This document shows positions 20,154-30,520 of a DNA stretch of 60,768 nt, piece after piece. The notes beneath the pieces were generated by a model. That model searched no databases, had not been told where the DNA came from, and saw nothing but the letters and a program-made list of their open reading frames with translations. The translations under genes were made by a program, and so were the position numbers. Source of the DNA: Burkholderiales bacterium (GTDB lineage: Bacteria > Pseudomonadota > Gammaproteobacteria > Burkholderiales > Casimicrobiaceae); assembly GCA_020845855.1 (NCBI GenBank), contig JADLEZ010000300.1:1-60768 (forward strand). Reading direction: 5' to 3'. Numbering within the stretch: position 1 is the first letter of the stretch; every line of letters starts with the position of its first letter.

Positions 20154-20591
20154 ATGGGTCCCCGCAGTTACTGGATCGGCGTCGTGTCACGCAACCACGT
20201 CGAGCAGGGCGTGTCCGGCGGCTTCACCCAGCTCAACCACGGCCGGGCCGGGCCGCTCGAGCGGATGCGACCCGGCGACGGGTTCGTTTACTACTCCCCG
20301 CGCGCGGAGCACCCGTTCGGGGCACCGGTGCAGGCGTTCACCGCCATCGGCCGCGTGGCGGCGGGGGAGATCTTCCAGGCGGACGGGGAGGACCGCCCGT
20401 TTCGGCGGCGTGTGGACTACCTGCCGGCGAGCGACGCGCCGATCCGCCCGCTGATCGACGAGCTGTCCTTCATCCGCAGCAAGGAACACTGGGGCGCCGC
20501 CTTCCGCTTCGGGTTCCTGCGGGTGCCGGAGCACGACTTCGCGCAGATCGCCGCCGCGATGGGGCGCGACTTCGCGCGCGACTTCGCCTGA
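20154..20591 (+). CDS. EVE domain-containing protein
   Basis: YWIGVVSRNHV..G..QLNHG..PLERMRPGDGFVYYSP..FTAIG; GGAG RBS upstream of ATG 20154. Confidence 0.85.
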   Translation: MGPRSYWIGVVSRNHVEQGVSGGFTQLNHGRAGPLERMRPGDGFVYYSPRAEHPFGAPVQAFTAIGRVAAGEIFQADGEDRPFRRRVDYLPASDAPIRPLIDELSFIRSKEHWGAAFRFGFLRVPEHDFAQIAAAMGRDFARDFA

Positions 20592-20707
20592 CCCCATGGG
20601 CCGCGACCGGCACCACGGGTGTGGTAACGTCGCGTCTTTCGCAGTATGCGATTCGACAGCGCCGGGGCTCGCGGCCGCACCGCGACGCCGGCGCTTTTGC
20701 TTTGCCC

Positions 20708-20773
20708 ATGAGCCCGAAGGGCCGCTCCCAAGGGCGAATCAACCCCGAAGCGCGTAGCGCGGAGGGTCGTCCA
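20708..20773 (+). repeat. Family F element supplying the RBS (and a possible N-terminal extension) of the DMT gene
   Basis: GCCC-GAAGGGCCGCTCCCAA-GGGC...CCCCGAAGCGCGTAGCGCGGAGGGTCGTCCA-ATG. Related copies at 35641-35700, 40582-40596 and 5151-5225. Confidence 0.8.
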
Positions 20774-21694
20774 ATGAACGCCATCGCCTTGCCCGCCGAC
20801 CTCGCCCGGCATCGCCGCGCCGTCGTCATGATGATCGTGGCCGCGATCTGCTGGTCGACCGGCGGGCTCCTCGTGCGCAAGCTCTCGATCACCAGCGCGT
20901 GGGAGATCGTGTTCTGGCGCTCGCTGTTCATGGCCGCGTTCGTGGCGCTGGTGCTCGCCGTCATGCACGGGCGCGGGATGCCCCGTGCGGTGCGCGGTGC
21001 CGGCATGCCGGGCCTCGTCGCGGGAGTGCTGCTCGCCGGCACGTTCTTCTTCTTCATCGCCTCGCTGACGCGCACGACAGTGGCGAACACGTTCGTGCTG
21101 ATGTCGGTGTCGCCGTTTCTTGCCGCACTCGCGGCGCGCGTGGTGCTGAAGGAGCCGGTGGCCGCGCGCACCTGGATCGCGATGGCGATCGCGTTCGCCG
21201 GCATCCTGGTGATGTTCGGCGGCGCGGTCGACGCGGGGCAGCTCGCGGGCAACCTCCTGGCACTCGGCGTGTCGGTCTGCTTCGCCGCGCAGCTTACGGT
21301 GCTGCGCAAGTTCCACGCGACGGTGGACATGCTGCCGATGGTGATGATCGCGGGGCTCGTCTCGGTCGTGCCCGCGTTCGCGCTCGCCGGGCCGTTCGCC
21401 GCCACCGGGCACGATCTCGCGATCCTCGCGGTGATGGGCTGCGCGCAGCTCGGCGTGGGGTGTCTGCTCGCCACCGCCGCGTCGCGCACGCTGTCGGCGA
21501 CGGAGCTCGGCCTGCTTGCCCTGCTGGAGCCGATCCTGGGCCCGCTGTGGGTCTGGCTGCTGCTGGGCGAGCACCCGGGCACGCTCGCCCTTGTCGGCGG
21601 CGCGCTGGTACTCTCGGCGGTGGTCGCCAACCAGCTCCTGGCCGCGTGGCGAGGCCGCCCGGCAGAGGCGGCCGAACCGCTGCCGGGGCCATAG
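20774..21694 (+). CDS. DMT/EamA family transporter
   Basis: About 10 TM segments; VLKEPV and LLEPILGPLWVWLLLGE motifs. Confidence 0.9.
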   Translation: MNAIALPADLARHRRAVVMMIVAAICWSTGGLLVRKLSITSAWEIVFWRSLFMAAFVALVLAVMHGRGMPRAVRGAGMPGLVAGVLLAGTFFFFIASLTRTTVANTFVLMSVSPFLAALAARVVLKEPVAARTWIAMAIAFAGILVMFGGAVDAGQLAGNLLALGVSVCFAAQLTVLRKFHATVDMLPMVMIAGLVSVVPAFALAGPFAATGHDLAILAVMGCAQLGVGCLLATAASRTLSATELGLLALLEPILGPLWVWLLLGEHPGTLALVGGALVLSAVVANQLLAAWRGRPAEAAEPLPGP

Positions 21695-21696
21695 GA

Positions 21697-21782
21697 GAGT
21701 CAGATTCGATTTTCGCTTTGCGGGCGCGGCAGCAGGACCGCACGATGCTTCCCGAGGTGCAGCAGAAAATCGACTCTGACCC
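21697..21782. repeat. Family A palindromic element (extra arm fragment at 21803-21815)
   Basis: GAGTCAGATTCGATTTTC...GCGGGCGCGGCAGCA...TGCAGCAGAAAATCGACTCTGACCC. Confidence 0.9.
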
Positions 21783-21839
21783 TGATCTCTCGCCTCAGAG
21801 AGTAGTGTCTGACCCGACTCATCGACTATCATGCCGCCG

Positions 21840-22808
21840 ATGAAGCAAACCTTCCTCGATTTCGAGCAGCCCATCGCCGAGCTGCAGCAGAAGATCGACG
21901 AGCTGCGCTTCGTGCACGAGGATTCCGCGGTCGACATCTCGGACGAGATCGCGCGCCTGTCCAAGAAAAGCCAGCAGCTCACCAAGGAAATCTACGCCAA
22001 GCTCTCGGCCTGGCAGATCGCGCAGGTGGCGCGCCATCCGCAGCGGCCGTACACGCTCGATTACATCGCCGGCATGTTCGGCGAGTTTCGCGAGTTGCAC
22101 GGCGACCGCGCCTTTGCCGACGACCCGGCGATCGTCGGCGGGCTTGCGCGCTTCAACGGGATGCCGTGCATGGTGCTCGGCCACCAGAAGGGGCGCGACA
22201 CCAAGGAGAAGATCCACCGCAACTTCGGCATGCCGCGGCCCGAGGGCTACCGCAAGGCGCTGCGGCTCATGAAGCTTGCCGAGAAGTTCGGTCTGCCGCT
22301 CTTCACGTTCGTGGACACGCCCGGCGCCTATCCGGGTATCGGCGCGGAGGAGCGCGGCCAGTCGGAGGCGATCGGCCGCAACCTCTACGAGATGGCCGGG
22401 CTGCGCATTCCGGTGATCGTCACCGTGATCGGCGAGGGCGGCTCCGGCGGCGCGCTCGCCATCGCGATCGGCGACGTGACACTCATGCTGCAGTACGCGA
22501 CCTACTCCGTGATCTCACCCGAAGGCTGCGCGTCCATCCTCTGGAAGTCGGCCGAGCACGCGCCGGAGGCCGCCGAGATCCTCGGCATCACCGCGCCGCG
22601 CTTGAAGCAGCTCGGTCTCATCGACAAGGTGATCAACGAGCCCACCGGCGGCGCGCACCGCGATCACGCGGCGATGATGGTGACGCTCAAGAAGGCGCTG
22701 ACCGAGGCGATGCGGCATCTTTCCGAGCTGCCGGTCGACACCCTCCTCGAGCAACGCGAGGACCGCATCCTTGCATACGGCAAGGTGAAGGAGATCAGCA
22801 CCGGTTGA
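21840..22808 (+). CDS. accA: Acetyl-CoA carboxylase carboxyltransferase alpha
   Basis: [27 protein letters not shown] and GEGGSGGAL motifs. Confidence 0.97.
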   Translation: MKQTFLDFEQPIAELQQKIDELRFVHEDSAVDISDEIARLSKKSQQLTKEIYAKLSAWQIAQVARHPQRPYTLDYIAGMFGEFRELHGDRAFADDPAIVGGLARFNGMPCMVLGHQKGRDTKEKIHRNFGMPRPEGYRKALRLMKLAEKFGLPLFTFVDTPGAYPGIGAEERGQSEAIGRNLYEMAGLRIPVIVTVIGEGGSGGALAIAIGDVTLMLQYATYSVISPEGCASILWKSAEHAPEAAEILGITAPRLKQLGLIDKVINEPTGGAHRDHAAMMVTLKKALTEAMRHLSELPVDTLLEQREDRILAYGKVKEISTG

Positions 22809-22813
22809 AACAT

Positions 22814-23000
22814 CCCCCCACGCTCGCTCCTCGGCTCCTTGGGCTGGTGGTGGTCTACGCATCATCTCGTGTCGCCTCGCGTCGGTCGCGCGGCGACGCG
22901 CGCGCAGCGCCTCCCTCGCTTCGCTCGGCCGCCGCGCTCGTTCCGCTCGCTGCCCCCCAGGGGGCGCGTCAGGCGGTCGGGGCGGCCCTTCCCGCCTGAC
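22814..23000. repeat. Family D element with nested family E-related insert (22827-22934)
   Basis: CCCCCCACGCTCG[insert]CGCTCGTTCCGCTCGCTGCCCCCCAGGGGGCGC-GTCAGGCGG-TCGGGGCGGCCCTTC-CCGCCTGAC. Confidence 0.8.
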
Positions 23001-24323
23001 ATGGAACATCCGGCGGACCGCCTGCGTGCCGCCGCCGCTGCCGCATTGGCAGCCGTTCCCACGCAGGCGACGATCGCGGTAGCGCTCTCGGGCGGGCGCG
23101 ATTCGGTGGCGCTGCTCGACATTCTCGACAAGCTTGGCGTCCCGCTGCGCGCGATCCACGTCCATCACGGCCTGTCGCCGCACGCGGATGCATGGGCCGC
23201 GTTCTGTGAAGCGCTGTGCGCGACGCGCGGGGTGCCGTGCACCGTGTGCCGGGTCGCGGTGCCGGCGCAGGCGAGCGTAGAGAACCAGGCGCGGCGCGAG
23301 CGCTACGCGGCCCTCGCCGCGGCCGCCGGCGACCTTGGCGTGCGCTACGTCGCCCTCGGCCATCACCGCGACGACCAGGCCGAGACGCTGGTGCTGCAGC
23401 TCCTGCGCGGCGCGGGGCCACCCGGCCTTGCCGCCATGCCCGCGCTGCGCGACGACCCGCGCGGCGTGGCCTGGTGGCGGCCGCTGCTCGCCGTGACCCG
23501 CGCGGACATCGACGCCTACGTGCGGGCAGCGGGCCTGCGCTACGTCGACGATGAGAGCAACGCGCACACGCACCTCGCCCGCAACGCCGTGCGCCATGTC
23601 GTGATGCCGGTGCTGGCCCAGGTCGCGGGCAACGCGCCGGAAACGCTCGCGCGCGCCGCCGCCAACCAGGCCGAGGCGGCGCAGCTCTTAGACGAGCTCG
23701 CGTGCCTCGATGGGCGCGACGGGTACGACGGCACGAGCCTCGCGCGCCGGGCGCTCGCGGAGCTGCCGCCGCACCGCGCGCGCAACCTGCTGCGCTGGTT
23801 CCTGCGCCGGCGCGGGCTCGCCGCGCCGGCGTCGGCGCGCCTCGCGGCCATGCTGGACCAGCTTGCGAACGCGCGTCCCGATGCCCGCGTGCGCATCGCG
23901 CACGCGGGCGCCGAGGTGGGCATCTACCGCGACCGGGTGATCGTGCATCCCCCGCCGCCGCCTGCTTATGCGCTCGCCTGGTCGGGCGAGGCCGAGCTGC
24001 GCCTGCCCCACGGTCGCCTCGCGTTCGGGCGCGCGGACGGCGACGGCATCGCCGCCGACCGCATTGCAGGCCGACGCGTTCACGTGCGGCCGCGCGCGGG
24101 AGGCGAGCGCCTGCAACTCGCGGCCAACCGGCCGCGGCGCGCGCTCAAGTCGATCCTGCAGGACGCCGGCGTGCCGCCGTGGGAGCGGCAACGCCTACCG
24201 CTCGTCTATTGCGACGATGCGCTCGCCGCGGTCCCGGGTATCGGTGTCGACGCCGCGTTCGCGACAGCGCCGGACGCGCCCGGCATCACGTTGACTTGGC
24301 TGCCCGACACAATCGGCAACTAG
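23001..24323 (+). CDS. tilS: tRNA(Ile)-lysidine synthetase
   Basis: ALSGGRDS, HVHHGL, GHHRDDQAET, RPLL and DESN motifs; follows accA. Confidence 0.95.
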   Translation: MEHPADRLRAAAAAALAAVPTQATIAVALSGGRDSVALLDILDKLGVPLRAIHVHHGLSPHADAWAAFCEALCATRGVPCTVCRVAVPAQASVENQARRERYAALAAAAGDLGVRYVALGHHRDDQAETLVLQLLRGAGPPGLAAMPALRDDPRGVAWWRPLLAVTRADIDAYVRAAGLRYVDDESNAHTHLARNAVRHVVMPVLAQVAGNAPETLARAAANQAEAAQLLDELACLDGRDGYDGTSLARRALAELPPHRARNLLRWFLRRRGLAAPASARLAAMLDQLANARPDARVRIAHAGAEVGIYRDRVIVHPPPPPAYALAWSGEAELRLPHGRLAFGRADGDGIAADRIAGRRVHVRPRAGGERLQLAANRPRRALKSILQDAGVPPWERQRLPLVYCDDALAAVPGIGVDAAFATAPDAPGITLTWLPDTIGN

Positions 24324-24359
24324 GGCGTGGACTTCCGCACACGCGCGCTACTGAGGGTC

Positions 24360-24709
24360 GGCGCGAGCGGCGAGGCCCGAAGGGCGGCGAGCAATTGCGA
24401 GTCGCCGCCGCGAGGCGACACGCAGGCGCGGCGCTCCCGCAGGAAGGTCCAAGGAGCCGAGGCGCGCGCAGCGGCGGCGACCGGCGCGCTTCGAGGTTTT
24501 CGACGCGGAAGGCGTGGCGGCGCGAGCAGCGAGGCCCGAAGGGCGGCGAGCAAATGCGAGTCGGCGCCGCGAGGCGACACGCAGGCGCGGCGCTCCCCCG
24601 GGAACGTCCAAGGAGCCGAGGGCCGCCCCAAGCCGGCTGCGGAAACTCTGCCGGCCCCAAATTGCGCAGCCCATCGCGAAGCGATCGCGCACCACGCAAT
24701 TTGGGGACG
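24360..24709. repeat. Two direct ~103-bp family E units (24360-24462, 24519-24621) running into a family C element (24612-24709)
   Basis: Near-identical GGCGCGAGC..GAGGCCCGAAGGGCGGCGAGCAA..GCGAGGCGACACGCAGGCGCGGCGCTCCC..CCAAGGAGCCGAGG units. Confidence 0.9.
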
Positions 24710-24711
24710 TC

Positions 24712-25689
24712 TTAATCCGCATATACCCCCGCCTTCTTGATGATCGGGCTCCACAGCTCGATCTGCGCCTTGAGATGCTTGCCCAGCGCCGCGGGCGTGG
24801 CCCGATCCGCAGCCACCGGCTCGGTGCCGAGCTCGGCGAAGCGCTCCTTGATCTTCGGGTCCTTGAGCGCGACCTGCAGCGCGTTGGCGAGCTTGTCGAT
24901 GGCCGCCTTCGGCGTGCCCGCCGGCGCGTACAGCCCATGCCAGACGGCGACGTCGAAGTCCTTGAGGCCCGACTCCTGCATGGTCGGCACGTCGGGCAGC
25001 GAGGGCACCCGCTTCGGCGTGGTTACCGCGTACACCTTCACCTTGCCCGCCTTGATCTGGCCGGTGGTGTTGGTGGTCTGGTCGCACATGAAGTCGACCT
25101 GGCCGCCCAGAAGGTCGTTCATCGCCGGCGCCGTTCCCTTGTAGGGGACCGTCGTGAGCTCCGTCTGGATCGCGGTCATGAACAGCATCCCGCACAGGTG
25201 CGACGCGGAGCCGATGCCGGCGTTCGCGTAGGTCACCTTGTCCTTGTTCGCCTTGACGTAGGCGATCAGATCCTTCATGTCCTTCGGCGGAAAGTCCTTC
25301 CTGGCGATGAACGTCATCGGCACGTCGGTGATCAGGCCGACCGGCTCGAAGTCCTTGACCGGGTCGAAGGGAAGCTTGCGGTACAGCGAGGGCGCGGTGG
25401 ATTGCCCGATGTGATGCAGGAGCAGCGTGTAGCCGTCGGGTTTCGCTTTCGCGACCTTGTTGGCGCCGATGGTGCCGCCGGCTCCGCCCGCGTTCTCGAC
25501 GATCACCTGCTGGTGGAGCGTATTGCTCATCGACGACGCGATGAGCCGGGCGACGGTATCGGTCGGTCCGCCGGCGGCGAACGGCACGACGATGGTGACG
25601 GCCTTGGTGGGGAAGTCTTGCGCGCCTGCGAGCGCAGCCGCGGCGGCGAGCGCGATCCCCGCGCCGGCCTTAAAGAAGTTACGAAACAT
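24712..25689 (-). CDS. Tripartite tricarboxylate transporter substrate-binding protein (TctC/Bug)
   Basis: FPTKAVTIVVPFAAGGPTD, VENAGGAGG and VPYKGTAPAMNDLLGGQVD motifs. Confidence 0.95.
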   Translation of the reverse strand: MFRNFFKAGAGIALAAAAALAGAQDFPTKAVTIVVPFAAGGPTDTVARLIASSMSNTLHQQVIVENAGGAGGTIGANKVAKAKPDGYTLLLHHIGQSTAPSLYRKLPFDPVKDFEPVGLITDVPMTFIARKDFPPKDMKDLIAYVKANKDKVTYANAGIGSASHLCGMLFMTAIQTELTTVPYKGTAPAMNDLLGGQVDFMCDQTTNTTGQIKAGKVKVYAVTTPKRVPSLPDVPTMQESGLKDFDVAVWHGLYAPAGTPKAAIDKLANALQVALKDPKIKERFAELGTEPVAADRATPAALGKHLKAQIELWSPIIKKAGVYAD

Positions 25690-25942
25690 GACGATCCTCC
25701 GTTCGAAAATACGACGCGCAGGTCCGGCCGTAAGGAACTGTCGCCTCGACGACGCGTCGAAGGCACCGAACGCCGAAAGCGCGCCGAAAGCCGGGTATGG
25801 TAGCCGACCCGGTGCTTCGCGGTCACTTGAGCGGGATCAAGGAATGGAGCGCGCCGGGCGGCCGCGCGGACGGCTCGCCCGCCGATCGTCGGCGTGCTAG
25901 AATGATGAGTTTATTCGGATTTATCCTCGGGAGCCCACGGAA

Positions 25943-26368
25943 ATGGCGGTAGAACGCACGCTTTCCATCATCAAGCCGGACGCGGTGGCGAAGAATGTGA
26001 TCGGCGAAATCCTGGCCCGCTTCGAGAAGGCGGGCCTCAAAATCGTGGCCGCGCGGATGGCCTGGCTGTCGCGCGCCGAAGCCGAGGGATTTTATGCGGT
26101 CCACCGCGAGCGGCCGTTCTTTCGCGATTTGGTCGAATTCATGACCTCCGGCCCGGTGATGATCCAGGTGCTGGAGGGTGAGAACGCGATCGCCCGCAAC
26201 CGTGAGCTCATGGGCGCCACCGACCCCAGGAAGGCGGCGCCCGGCACCATCCGCGCCGACTTCGCGCAGTCGATCGACGCCAACGCGGTCCACGGCTCGG
26301 ACGCAGCCGAGACCGCGCGGGTCGAGGTCGCGTACTTCTTCCCGGCGCTGGCGGTGTACGGCCGATAG
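25943..26368 (+). CDS. ndk: Nucleoside diphosphate kinase
   Basis: [12 protein letters not shown] and NAVHGSD motifs. Confidence 0.98.
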   Translation: MAVERTLSIIKPDAVAKNVIGEILARFEKAGLKIVAARMAWLSRAEAEGFYAVHRERPFFRDLVEFMTSGPVMIQVLEGENAIARNRELMGATDPRKAAPGTIRADFAQSIDANAVHGSDAAETARVEVAYFFPALAVYGR

Positions 26369-26379
26369 GGCGAGAATCC

Positions 26380-26465
26380 GTGAATGGGTGAATAGGTGAA
26401 CGAGTGAAAGCGAAGCCACCGGCGCCGCCATATCGTTTCACCCGTTCACACATTCACCAATTCAC
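26380..26465. repeat. Inverted arrays of 8-bp units, (GTGAAnnn)x4 ... (nnnTTCAC)x4
   Basis: GTGAATGG GTGAATAG GTGAACGA GTGAAAG ... TTTCAC CCGTTCAC ACATTCAC CAATTCAC. Confidence 0.85.
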
Positions 26466-26474
26466 TGCCTCACC

Positions 26475-27563
26475 ATGAACCTGCTAGGCCTCGAACCCAC
26501 TGCGCTGTCGGCGTACTTCGCCGGGCGGGGCGACAAGCCGTTCCGGGCCCGCCAGGTCTCGCGCTGGATCCATCAGCGCTTCGTGGATCACGTCGGCGCC
26601 ATGACCGACCTCGGCAAGGCGCTGCGCGAGTCGCTCGCGCGGGACGCCGCGATCCAGGGCCCCGCCGTCATCCGCGATACCACCGCGGCTGACGGCACGC
26701 GCAAGTGGCTGCTGGACGCGGGCAACGGCAACGCGGTCGAGGCGGTGTACATCCCGGAGGACGATCGCGGCACGCTGTGTGTTTCGTCGCAGGCGGGTTG
26801 CGCGCTCGACTGCGCGTTCTGCGCGACCGGCAAGCAGGGCTTCAACCGCAACCTCACCACCGCCGAGATCGTCGGGCAGTTGTGGCACGCCAACCGCGCG
26901 CTGCTGGCGGACGAACAAGGGCGGCCACCCATTACCAATGTCGTGATGATGGGCATGGGCGAGCCGCTCGCCAACTTCGACCACGTCGTCCCCGCGCTGC
27001 GGCTCATGCTCGACGACAACGCGTACGGGCTGTCGCGCCGGCGCGTGACGCTGTCCACCTCCGGTCTCGTGCCGTGGATCGACCGCCTGCGCGAGGAATG
27101 CCCGGTTGCGCTTGCGGTGTCGCTGCACGCGCCCAACGACGCGCTGCGCGACCGCCTCGTTCCCATCAACCGCAAGCATCCGCTCGCCGAGCTGATGGCG
27201 GCCTGCCTGCGCTACCTGCCGGCTGCGCCGCGCGACTTCGTGACCTTCGAGTACGTGATGCTCGACGGCGTCAACGACAGCGCATCGCACGCCGCGGAGC
27301 TCGTGAGCCTCGTGCGCCACGTCCCGTGCAAGATGAACCTCATTCCCTTCAACCCGTTCCCGGGCACGCAGTTCCGCACCAGTCCGCGTGCGCGTATCCT
27401 CGACTTCCAGCGACGCCTCGCCGATGCCGGGCTCGTGGCCACGGTGCGCAAGACCCGCGGCGACGACATCGCCGCGGCGTGCGGACAACTCGCGGGGCAG
27501 ATCAAGGACCGCACCACGCGGCGCCTTGCCACGCGCATCGTGCCGGTGGCCGCGCCGCGATGA
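26475..27563 (+). CDS. rlmN: 23S rRNA/tRNA m2A methyltransferase RlmN
   Basis: [21 protein letters not shown] and AACGQL motifs. Confidence 0.97.
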   Translation: MNLLGLEPTALSAYFAGRGDKPFRARQVSRWIHQRFVDHVGAMTDLGKALRESLARDAAIQGPAVIRDTTAADGTRKWLLDAGNGNAVEAVYIPEDDRGTLCVSSQAGCALDCAFCATGKQGFNRNLTTAEIVGQLWHANRALLADEQGRPPITNVVMMGMGEPLANFDHVVPALRLMLDDNAYGLSRRRVTLSTSGLVPWIDRLREECPVALAVSLHAPNDALRDRLVPINRKHPLAELMAACLRYLPAAPRDFVTFEYVMLDGVNDSASHAAELVSLVRHVPCKMNLIPFNPFPGTQFRTSPRARILDFQRRLADAGLVATVRKTRGDDIAAACGQLAGQIKDRTTRRLATRIVPVAAPR

Positions 27564-28363
27564 ACGCTCGCATTCTCGCAGCGCTCGCTCTCGCCGCGGC
27601 CGTGCTCGTCGCAGGCTGCGAGTCGACGCCGTCGAAGCCGGCGCCGCCGCCCCCGCCGCCGGTCCCGACGCCACCGCCGCTGCAGGAGGCGCCCGCCCCG
27701 GTTCGCGCGCAGCTGCATGCCGAGATTGCCGCCGGCTTCTACGAGCGCGGACAGATGGAAATCGCGCTGCAGGAGCTCGATCTCGCGATGAAGCTCGATT
27801 CCAGGAACGCGAAGGTCTACAACGTCTACGGACTCGTGTACGCGATGCTCGGCGAGGAGGCGAAGGCGCAGGCCAACTTCCAGACCGCGATCGAGCTGGC
27901 GCCCACCGACTCCGAGATCCGCCAGAACTGGGGCTGGTTTTTGTGCACGCACGGCCGCGCGAAGGAGTCGCTTGGCGAGTTCGATCTCGCGGTCAGGAAT
28001 CCGTTGTACAAGACGCCCGACGTGGCGCTGGTCAACGCGGGCAAGTGCGCGGCCGAGATCGGCGACGCGCGGCGCGCCGAGGAGTATTTCCGGCGCGCGC
28101 TCGCATTCAACCCGAACAACCTCAACGCGGCCTACGGCCTGTCGCTGCTCGCCTACCGCCAGGCACGCCTCGACGAGGCGCGCGCGCTGATCCGGCGCGT
28201 GGTGCAGCAGCCGAGCCCGCCGGCGGAAGCGCTGTATCTCGGCATGTGCATCGAGCGCAAGCTGGGCGACCATCCGTCGGAAGCGTCGTACGTGTCGCAG
28301 TTGCGCAAGCGCCATCCCGATTCACCGGAAGCGAGGGCGGTCCCGCCGGGCGTGTGCGAGTGA
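27560..28363 (+). CDS. pilW: Type IV pilus biogenesis/stability TPR lipoprotein PilW/PilF
   Basis: Lipobox VAGC, TPR repeats, NWGWFLC and NAGKCA; between rlmN and rodZ. Confidence 0.88.
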   Translation: MNARILAALALAAAVLVAGCESTPSKPAPPPPPPVPTPPPLQEAPAPVRAQLHAEIAAGFYERGQMEIALQELDLAMKLDSRNAKVYNVYGLVYAMLGEEAKAQANFQTAIELAPTDSEIRQNWGWFLCTHGRAKESLGEFDLAVRNPLYKTPDVALVNAGKCAAEIGDARRAEEYFRRALAFNPNNLNAAYGLSLLAYRQARLDEARALIRRVVQQPSPPAEALYLGMCIERKLGDHPSEASYVSQLRKRHPDSPEARAVPPGVCE

Positions 28364-28380
28364 GCGAGTAGCGAAGTTCG

Positions 28381-29220
28381 ATGAGCGCCGAAGCCGACAC
28401 CTCCCCGCAGGCCGACGCCGCCCCGCCGCCGACGGCGGGCGAGCTCCTGCGCAACGCGCGCGAAGCGCTCGGCGCGTCGACCGACGCCATCGCGCAGCAG
28501 TTGAAGCTCGCGCCCCGGCAGGTACAGGCGCTCGAGGACAACGACTTCGCGCAGTTGCCCGGCCGCACGTTCGTGCGCGGCTTCCTGCGCAACTACGCGC
28601 GCCTCGTGCGCCTCGACCCCGACCTCGTGCTGTCGTCGCTGCCCGAGGGCAACGCCCCGTCGCTCGACCGTCCCGCGCTGTCCCCGACCACGCGGGTCAT
28701 GGGTGAGCTTCCGGCGGAAGCGCAGGGCAAGCCCTCCAATGCGCGCTGGGCGATTCCGCTGGCGCTCGTCGCCATCGTCGCCATCGCCGCCGCTTACCAG
28801 TTCGCGCGCCCGCTGGTCGAGCAAGGCCGCGCGGTGTTCGCGCAACGGCCCGCGCCCGCGACGCTACCCGCGCCGGAGCCCGCCGCGCCGGCGCCCGCCG
28901 TTGCCGAGAGCGCGCCGGCGCCCGAGGTCGTCACCGCTGCGCCGTCGCCGGTCGTCGAGCCGCCCGCAGCCGCGGCCGCCGGCGATGCGCCAGTGGTATT
29001 CGTGTTCCGCGGCACGTCCTGGATCGAGGTCAAGGACGCGCGCGGCCAGGTCGTGCTGTCGACGATGGGCTACCCGGGCGCCACGCACGCCGTCGGCGGC
29101 GCGCTGCCGCTCGAGGTCGTGCTCGGCAACGCCGAAGCGGTGACGGTAACGGTGCGCGGCGCGCCGTTCGACACCACCGCGTACATCCGGCAGAACGTCG
29201 CCAAGTTCACCGTCAAGTAG
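28381..29220 (+). CDS. rodZ: RodZ-like HTH membrane protein
   Basis: [25 protein letters not shown], one TM segment, C-terminal SWIEVKDA domain. Confidence 0.88.
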   Translation: MSAEADTSPQADAAPPPTAGELLRNAREALGASTDAIAQQLKLAPRQVQALEDNDFAQLPGRTFVRGFLRNYARLVRLDPDLVLSSLPEGNAPSLDRPALSPTTRVMGELPAEAQGKPSNARWAIPLALVAIVAIAAAYQFARPLVEQGRAVFAQRPAPATLPAPEPAAPAPAVAESAPAPEVVTAAPSPVVEPPAAAAAGDAPVVFVFRGTSWIEVKDARGQVVLSTMGYPGATHAVGGALPLEVVLGNAEAVTVTVRGAPFDTTAYIRQNVAKFTVK

Positions 29221-29236
29221 CCCTTTAGGCTCTTCC

Positions 29237-30517
29237 ATGGCTTCCGCATTGCAGGCCGTTCGCGGCATGAACGACGTGTTGCCCGACGAAGCACCGCTCT
29301 GGGAGCGCTTCGAGGACACCGCGCGCGCCGTGTTCGCGCAATACGGGTATCGCAACATCCGCGTGCCCATCGTGGAGCCGACTGCCCTTTTCGTGCGCGG
29401 CATCGGCGAGCACACCGACGTCGTCGAGCGCGAGATGTACACGTTCGAGGACAAGCTCAACGGCGAGTCGCTGACGCTGCGCCCGGAAGCCACCGCCGGC
29501 ATCGTGCGCGCGACCATCCAGCACAACCTCACCTACGACCGCCCGCAGCGGGTGTGGACGATGGGACCGATGTTCCGCCACGAACGGCCGCAGCGCGGGC
29601 GCTATCGCCAGTTCCACCAGGTCGACGCCGAAGCGCTGGGCTTCGCGGGTCCCGACGTCGACGCCGAGCAGATCGTGATGCTGGCGCGGTTGTGGAAGGC
29701 GCTGGATCTGTCCGGCATCGAATTGCAGGTCAACTCCATCGGCAACGCGCATGAGCGCCTCGCGCATCGCAAGGATCTGATCGCGTATTTCGAGCGTCAT
29801 GCCGACGTGCTCGACGCGGATGCCAAGCGCCGGCTGCACGCGAATCCGCTGCGCATCCTCGACAGCAAGAACAAGGCGATGCAGGCGATGATCGAGGCCG
29901 CACCCCGGCTCATCGACTACATCGAGGACGCGTCGCTGGCGCACTTCGAGGGCTTGCAGCGCCTGCTCGGCGACGCCGGGCTCGCGTTCGAGATCAACCC
30001 GCGCCTCGTGCGCGGCCTCGACTACTACAACCGCACGGTGTTCGAGTGGGTCGCGCGCAGCGAGGACTTGGGCGCGCAGGGGACGGTAGCCGGCGGCGGC
30101 CGCTACGACCGCCTGTTCGAGCTGGTCGGCGGCAAGCGGAACTTCGCCACGGGCTTCGCGATCGGCGTCGAGCGCATGATCCTTCTCCTCGCGTCCGCCG
30201 GCGACCGGACGACGCGCGTGCCGCTCGCCTATATCGTGCACGACGGCGACGCGGCGGGGCTGCTTGCGCGCAAGGTGGCGGAGCGGCTGCGCGACGAGGG
30301 GCACGCGATCGTCGTCAACGCCGGCGGCGGAAGCATGAAATCCCAGATGAAGCGCGCCGACGCGAGCGCGGCGCACTACGCGCTCATCATCGGCGACGAG
30401 GAAGCGGCGACCGACACGGTGGCGGTGAAGCCGCTGCGCTCCAAGGGCGAGCAGGCCGCCTTTCCCGCGCACGAACTCGCGGCACGACTGCAAGCGATGC
30501 AATCCACGAAAGGCTAG
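29237..30517 (+). CDS. hisS: Histidine--tRNA ligase
   Basis: [36 protein letters not shown] and GGGRYD motifs. Confidence 0.98.
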   Translation: MASALQAVRGMNDVLPDEAPLWERFEDTARAVFAQYGYRNIRVPIVEPTALFVRGIGEHTDVVEREMYTFEDKLNGESLTLRPEATAGIVRATIQHNLTYDRPQRVWTMGPMFRHERPQRGRYRQFHQVDAEALGFAGPDVDAEQIVMLARLWKALDLSGIELQVNSIGNAHERLAHRKDLIAYFERHADVLDADAKRRLHANPLRILDSKNKAMQAMIEAAPRLIDYIEDASLAHFEGLQRLLGDAGLAFEINPRLVRGLDYYNRTVFEWVARSEDLGAQGTVAGGGRYDRLFELVGGKRNFATGFAIGVERMILLLASAGDRTTRVPLAYIVHDGDAAGLLARKVAERLRDEGHAIVVNAGGGSMKSQMKRADASAAHYALIIGDEEAATDTVAVKPLRSKGEQAAFPAHELAARLQAMQSTKG

Positions 30518-30520
30518 ACG

